Part shown: one piece after another, positions 59,505 through 64,000 of the stretch
How the letters are laid out: the number at the start of each line of letters is the position of its first letter
Position numbering within the stretch: position 1 is the stretch's first letter
Assembly (NCBI GenBank): GCA_004431415.1
Contig: QPMI01000623.1
Location: 1 to 64,000, forward strand
From: Cyanophora paradoxa CCMP329
Taxonomy: Eukaryota; Plantae; Glaucophyta
Reading direction: 5' to 3'
Length of the DNA stretch: 64,000 bases
Made by a program: the position numbers and the translations under genes
The notes under the pieces: model-generated
The model's input: only the letters and a program-made list of their open reading frames with translations
What the model was told of the DNA's origin: nothing
Database searches by the model: none

Positions 59505-60932
59505 ATGCCCTGCACGCGTCTGCAGGCCGTGCCCTTCACGTTTTTGGACGGCGACTTGCCGTACCCCGTTCAGTCTTTCGTACCCCTCTCTGGCCGCCTG
59601 GAAGCGGCCTGGAAGCCGCGGCATCGCGGCCGCTTTCGGCGCGCATTTTACGGCGTCAGCCGCGGTGCCTCGATATCAGCCACAGCTCGTCAACCGAGTG
59701 ACTCGCACGGGAAAGTTCGGACATGGTCGGCCGGGCGGCCTTCCACGTCGCGAAGCACGCCCCGAAGCTGCTTCCAAAGGCTCTGCGCTATCTGCTGCAC
59801 CCGAATGCTGCGCTTCGGTTCGCCCGTCCGCGCGCGCCTCGTCCCCCACCAAGCTGATCGCCCGCCGCAGGTCCGCCAGATTCTTCTGGTTGTCAAAGGA
59901 CTCCCGGGTGAGACTAAGGATGTAGCCGCAGCTGATCAGCGGGCCGGGCCACGAGTTTAGCGTGGGGAGTGGGGGGTCCGGGCTCACCGCATCGCTGGGC
60001 TTTCGCAGGACTTCGCTTCTCATGTCAAGGAGCGAAAGGTTCACCTGGGCTTTCTGCTCACGGCCGCCCAGCTGCTCAGTGACATCGGTCAGTGAGAGCG
60101 CATTTGAGTGACACACGGCTGGGCCCCGATGCCCCGATCCTGCCGCCTCAGTCGCTTAGCTACGGCCGCCCTTCAAAGAGGCCCGAGGCCCCGTTCGGCC
60201 GCTTAGCTAAACTTGGACCGCCCCTCTGCGCAGGCTTCGCCTCGAGCTTGCACATAAATGGACTGGACCTGGCGTTCCGAGTGTACCGCGTGGCCATTTT
60301 CATTCCGGACGGGGCGAGGCCCGTGCTGGAGCACGCGCGGCAGTCGTATGCGCGCTTCAAAAGCCACACGCACCAGCTGCAGGAGGCGGTGCTTGAGCTC
60401 CCCCAGGTGCACCGGCGGGGCGAGATGCACGCGGGGCACGTCGTGGCTCCGGGCCAGAAAATATTTGAAATGCTCTGTCACCTGCAAGTACGTTGACCGC
60501 AAAACGTAGAAGCACGCGCGGGCGTCTGTCGGGTGCTTATTCAACCTGCAGGACGATTTCGTGGACGCAGCAGCAATCGCCGTGCGGATGGCGCTGCTTC
60601 ACTGGGGCCACGTCTTGATCGAGTGGCACCGGCTGCGGGAGATGAGCCGCATGGCCGCCGACGGCCTGCACGCCCGCCTCGAGCACACCACCGCCCCCAT
60701 CGCCTTCTCCCCCGCCGCCCCCGCCCCCTCGCCCTCGTCGGCGCTGCGCCCCACAACCGCCCGCCTCTGGCCGGCCAGCCCGCCCTCGTCCTCGGGCGCA
60801 GCGCAGGGGCGAGGGTGCGGGGCGGCGTGCGCTGGGGCGCGGCGGCACGGCTTCCTGCCCCGCGCGCCCCCCGCGGCCGCCGCGTCGAAGAGCGCGCGCT
60901 CGCGGCGGATACTGCCTCGGCGGCCCTCGTGA
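59505..60932 (+). CDS. Hypothetical protein
   Basis: Exon-like peptides VRQILLVVKGLP, LDLAFRVYRVAIFIPDG..FEMLCHLQ / DDFVDAAAIAVRMALLHW bounded by GT/GC-AG; start uncertain. Confidence 0.45.
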
Positions 60933-61421
60933 GGCGGCGGCCCCTCGGGGGGCCCTCCCCCCCACTTTCTCCTGTAAACTAGAATTTCCCGCCTCTTCTT
61001 CAATAGGCCCGCTTTCCTTGCTGCTCTTTGCTGTCGATTTTGTGCAGTTTTGCCGCCTTCTTTGCAATAATGTTTTTGCTAGCTAAGTTTCTTGGGTAGA
61101 TAAGTTTCTTGGACAGGTATGGTTTGTCGTGCAACATTCGCCAATCTCGTATGAGTGCTCGGCAAGCAATTGCGAACGCATGCTAGCGTCGCAGTGCGCC
61201 TCGGGGAATTGTAAACTCTGAGCGGACTGCACACGGCGGGCCCTTCTCTGAGAATTGCAGCTTTCTGCTTGATTGGCATCATTACGCAAAAACTCACAAC
61301 CTATACTAGAGCTGACCTGACCTGGTAGACTACTGATGAAAGTGCAGCATGGGAAAGCGATGGGGGGGGAGGGGGGGGGGGGGGGGGGGGGAGGGGGCCG
61401 GGGGGAAAGGGGGCGGGCGGG

Positions 61422-64000
61422 CTAGCTGGGCTCCTCGCGAACGAAGTTGAGGATCTCCTGCCCGAAGGTCTGAATGGAGTAGACGTTCGGGTGGAGGCCC
61501 ATCGCCTGCCCCCGCGGCCCCCGCGTCGGCCCCGGCCGCAGCGCCAAGCGGGCGGGGGCGGGGGCGGGGACCCTGTGGACGGCCTCGTCGAGCTCGCGGA
61601 CGGGGGCGCGGGGCAGCTGGCGCCCGTCGAAGAGCAGGCACCAGAGCAGCAGCACCGCCTGCTCCTGCACCAGCGCCTCCTGCCGGTGCACCCCGCACGC
61701 CTGCAGCACCGCCGAGAAGCCCCCCAGCGACACCACCTGCTCCCGCGTCTTCTTCGCTGCGCGCGGCGTCGGCCCGCCGGCCCCACCTCCCTCCCGCTGC
61801 GCGGCGCGGGGCAAGGCGGGCGTACACTTCAGGCCGAGGTTCCGCAGCAGGCCGCAGGTCATCTCCTGCGGGCGGGGGGCGTCGGGGCGGGGGAGGGGGC
61901 GGGGGTCGGGCGGGGGCGGGCGGGGCGCGCACGGCAACGTTGGCGTCGTCGGGGTGCTGGAGCATGCAGGCGACGGTGCGCGAGACGCCGTTCATCTGCA
62001 GCATCTCGAACACCGCGTCGTCTGCGCCCCCGTTGCCGCGGGGCGCCCCGGGGGCGGCGAGGGGCGGCGGGGCCGGGGCGGACCGCTGAGGGCGAGGTTC
62101 CAGAGGGCGGCGCAGGCCATGGCGGCGGTGGGCGCCGACGCCGCGTGCTTCTGCATCGCGTCGAACAGCAGCGGCACGGCGTTCAGCCGCAGGAAGAGCG
62201 GCCGGTTCCCCTCTGCCCCCGCCCCGTCACCCGCGCGGCGCGGGGCGGGGCGGGGCGGGCGGGGGCGGGGGCGGTGCGGACGGGAGCGGGCGAGGATCCA
62301 GACGACGCGGAAGAGGTAGGCGAGGGCGCGGGCGTCGGCGGCGAAGAGGGAGACCGCCCACATGATCCCCTCCACCGCCGCCTTGTTGAAGAAGCACCCC
62401 TCGTTCCGCACCGCCTCCACGCTGCCCCCGCACACGCCCGCCTCAGCACCCCTCCCCTCGCATCCCATCCCCTCCCCTCCCCTCGCCGCGGGGCAGGGGC
62501 GGGGCGGGGGCGGGGGCGGGGGGCGGGGCGCGCCTGTGCTCGTAGCGGTTGCCGAAGCGCTCGCAGGCGATGAGGCACTCGGTGGGGGGCGTGGTGGGCT
62601 GGAGGGTGGCGGCGAGGGCGCGGATCTCGCCCTTGTGCTCCTCGGCGGCCTCGACCTCGCTGTCGTAGAGCGCGGCGTCGTGCGCGTCGGCCTCGCCGTT
62701 CTTCAGCGAGAGCTCGAAGTCCTTCTTCAGCGACTTGAGCGCCCCGTTCTGGTCCTCGTGCCACGTCACCTGCCGCCCCCGCCTCACCGCCCCGCCCCGC
62801 TCCCGCGCCCCCGCCCCGCCCCGCGCACGTTCTTGTACGACTTGTTGCGTTTCTGGCCGGCGGCGCGGCGTCAGCGGGGCGGAGGCGAGGGGGCGGGGCG
62901 GGGCGGGGCGGGGCGGGGCGGGGCGCACGACGGCGGACTTCTGGCGGACGAGGCGGATGCGGCGGATCAGGGAGTCGAGCATGCCGCTGTACTCCTCCAT
63001 GCTCCCGCTCCACATGATCGGGTGCTGCCCGTCCAGGATCGCGCTCAGCGCCGGGTGCCGCTGCGCCTGCGCCGTCCCGGAGTCGAACTTCTTGATCGCC
63101 ACAATCAGCACGTCCTTTTGCTGCGCGCCCCGCCGCCCCCGCAACCGTCAGGCCCGCCCTCGGCGCGGCACGCCGGCGCGTCAAAGAGAAGCGCTTGCCT
63201 GCGCCCTCGCGCATTCTAGCTCGGCCTGTATAACCTCCCCGGGCGTCGCGTCCTCTGGTATCAAAAGAACTGCACGGGAGCGATGAGGACAGGGAAGCGG
63301 AGCGGCGCGCATGTCGGCGGCGGATACCGAGCTTGCGGGCGTAGCTAAGGAAGGAAAAAGGGAGGTGTCAGCGCGCGGTCTTCCTGCGCGGGCGCGCAGG
63401 CTGCGCACGACAGCATCTCTTCGAGTTCGCGCGACCACACGGAGTTCTTGTGCCAATCCTCGAGGTCCAGCCTACGGGCACGAGCGACGGCGGTCAGAGC
63501 AGAGCCGCGCGCGCGAGAGAGACGGGGGACCGGGCTGTGGGCACCAGCATGTGAAGCCTGCGTTGACTATGTCTCTTTGTAACCTCTCGGCTATCTCCTT
63601 CTCGGACAGGGAGTAGGCGAGGAAGACATCTCGCCGCTCCTGCGCAACAGAGTAAGCGCAGGCGCCACAGAACAACGTTTTCTATATGTAGATGCGATCG
63701 CAGCTAGAACATAGGCGCCAGCGGATCCCCCTAGGCGGCCAGGGATCCAGTGCCAGGACTGGGATCGCCAGCCGTTCCAAACCCCAGGAGACCCCGCAGC
63801 TAAGCAGGCTATGCCGTGCTCGAATGAAGCTCCGCGTCGCTCGCAGAGCTCCCAGCTAGCCGCCTTAAAAGACCGTGGCGCACGATTAGTCCTTCTGCAT
63901 TCGACGCCTGGGGCACTGCGCAAAAGGAGCATTTAGCTATCATCCGGGCATGACTGCTGGTGTGCGCACCGCCAATGGGCTCTACCGGCGCAGGTGCTTT
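61422..64000 (-). CDS. TIR-domain (TIR_2-like) plus armadillo-repeat protein; 5' end probably outside window
   Basis: DVFLAYS.SEKEIAERL..AGFTCWLD..WSRELEEML..VLLI..IQAELECA..KDVLIV; ARM repeats ACAALWNLA, CGLLRNL, VQEQAVLLLWCL. Confidence 0.75.

Noticed and set aside
61330-61360. Hammerhead ribozyme (CTGATGA...GAAA)
   Set aside because: No stem II or flanking helices can be formed.
2153-63286. Long Arg/Pro/Gly/Ala-rich ORFs in the supplied track
   Set aside because: Stop-poor read-through of GC-rich introns or antisense frames; real proteins emerge only after splicing.

Overview
GC-rich, intron-dense eukaryotic nuclear DNA; the long six-frame ORFs are mostly read-through of short (about 50-110 nt) C/G-rich introns, so gene models were spliced by hand. 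An intron-containing class A penicillin-binding protein with an MAAF-type plastid transit peptide, a branching enzyme without a transit peptide, and ciliary genes (DNAAF5, LRRC34) point to a flagellated glaucophyte alga such as Cyanophora (inference). About 23 protein genes are present, many in tight head-to-head pairs: 3' end of a receiver-domain protein, a PCMT-BTB-BACK fusion, two paralogous HAD (Swiss-army-knife type) phosphatases, an RmlD/MAT2B-like SDR, a PSI plus Ig-like membrane protein, NFU1, PBP1A-like, Vps60/CHMP5, Ubc8/UBE2H, a complete TRIM (RING-Bbox-Bbox-CC) E3, a six-C2 protein, a BT1 transporter, a CTFxP-repeat protein, nicastrin, LRRC34, GBE1, DNAAF5, a TIR-ARM protein and several hypotheticals, plus four identical tRNA-Ile(AAU) genes. 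Most notable: a dispersed repeat (identical 139 bp plus a modular hairpin minisatellite) present twice, two tandem intronic H/ACA-like RNAs, a 31-nt leader motif shared by unrelated genes, very frequent GC-AG introns with C-rich/G-rich halves, and unusual ubiquitin/immunity domain architectures. No database searches were run; names rest on recognised motifs.
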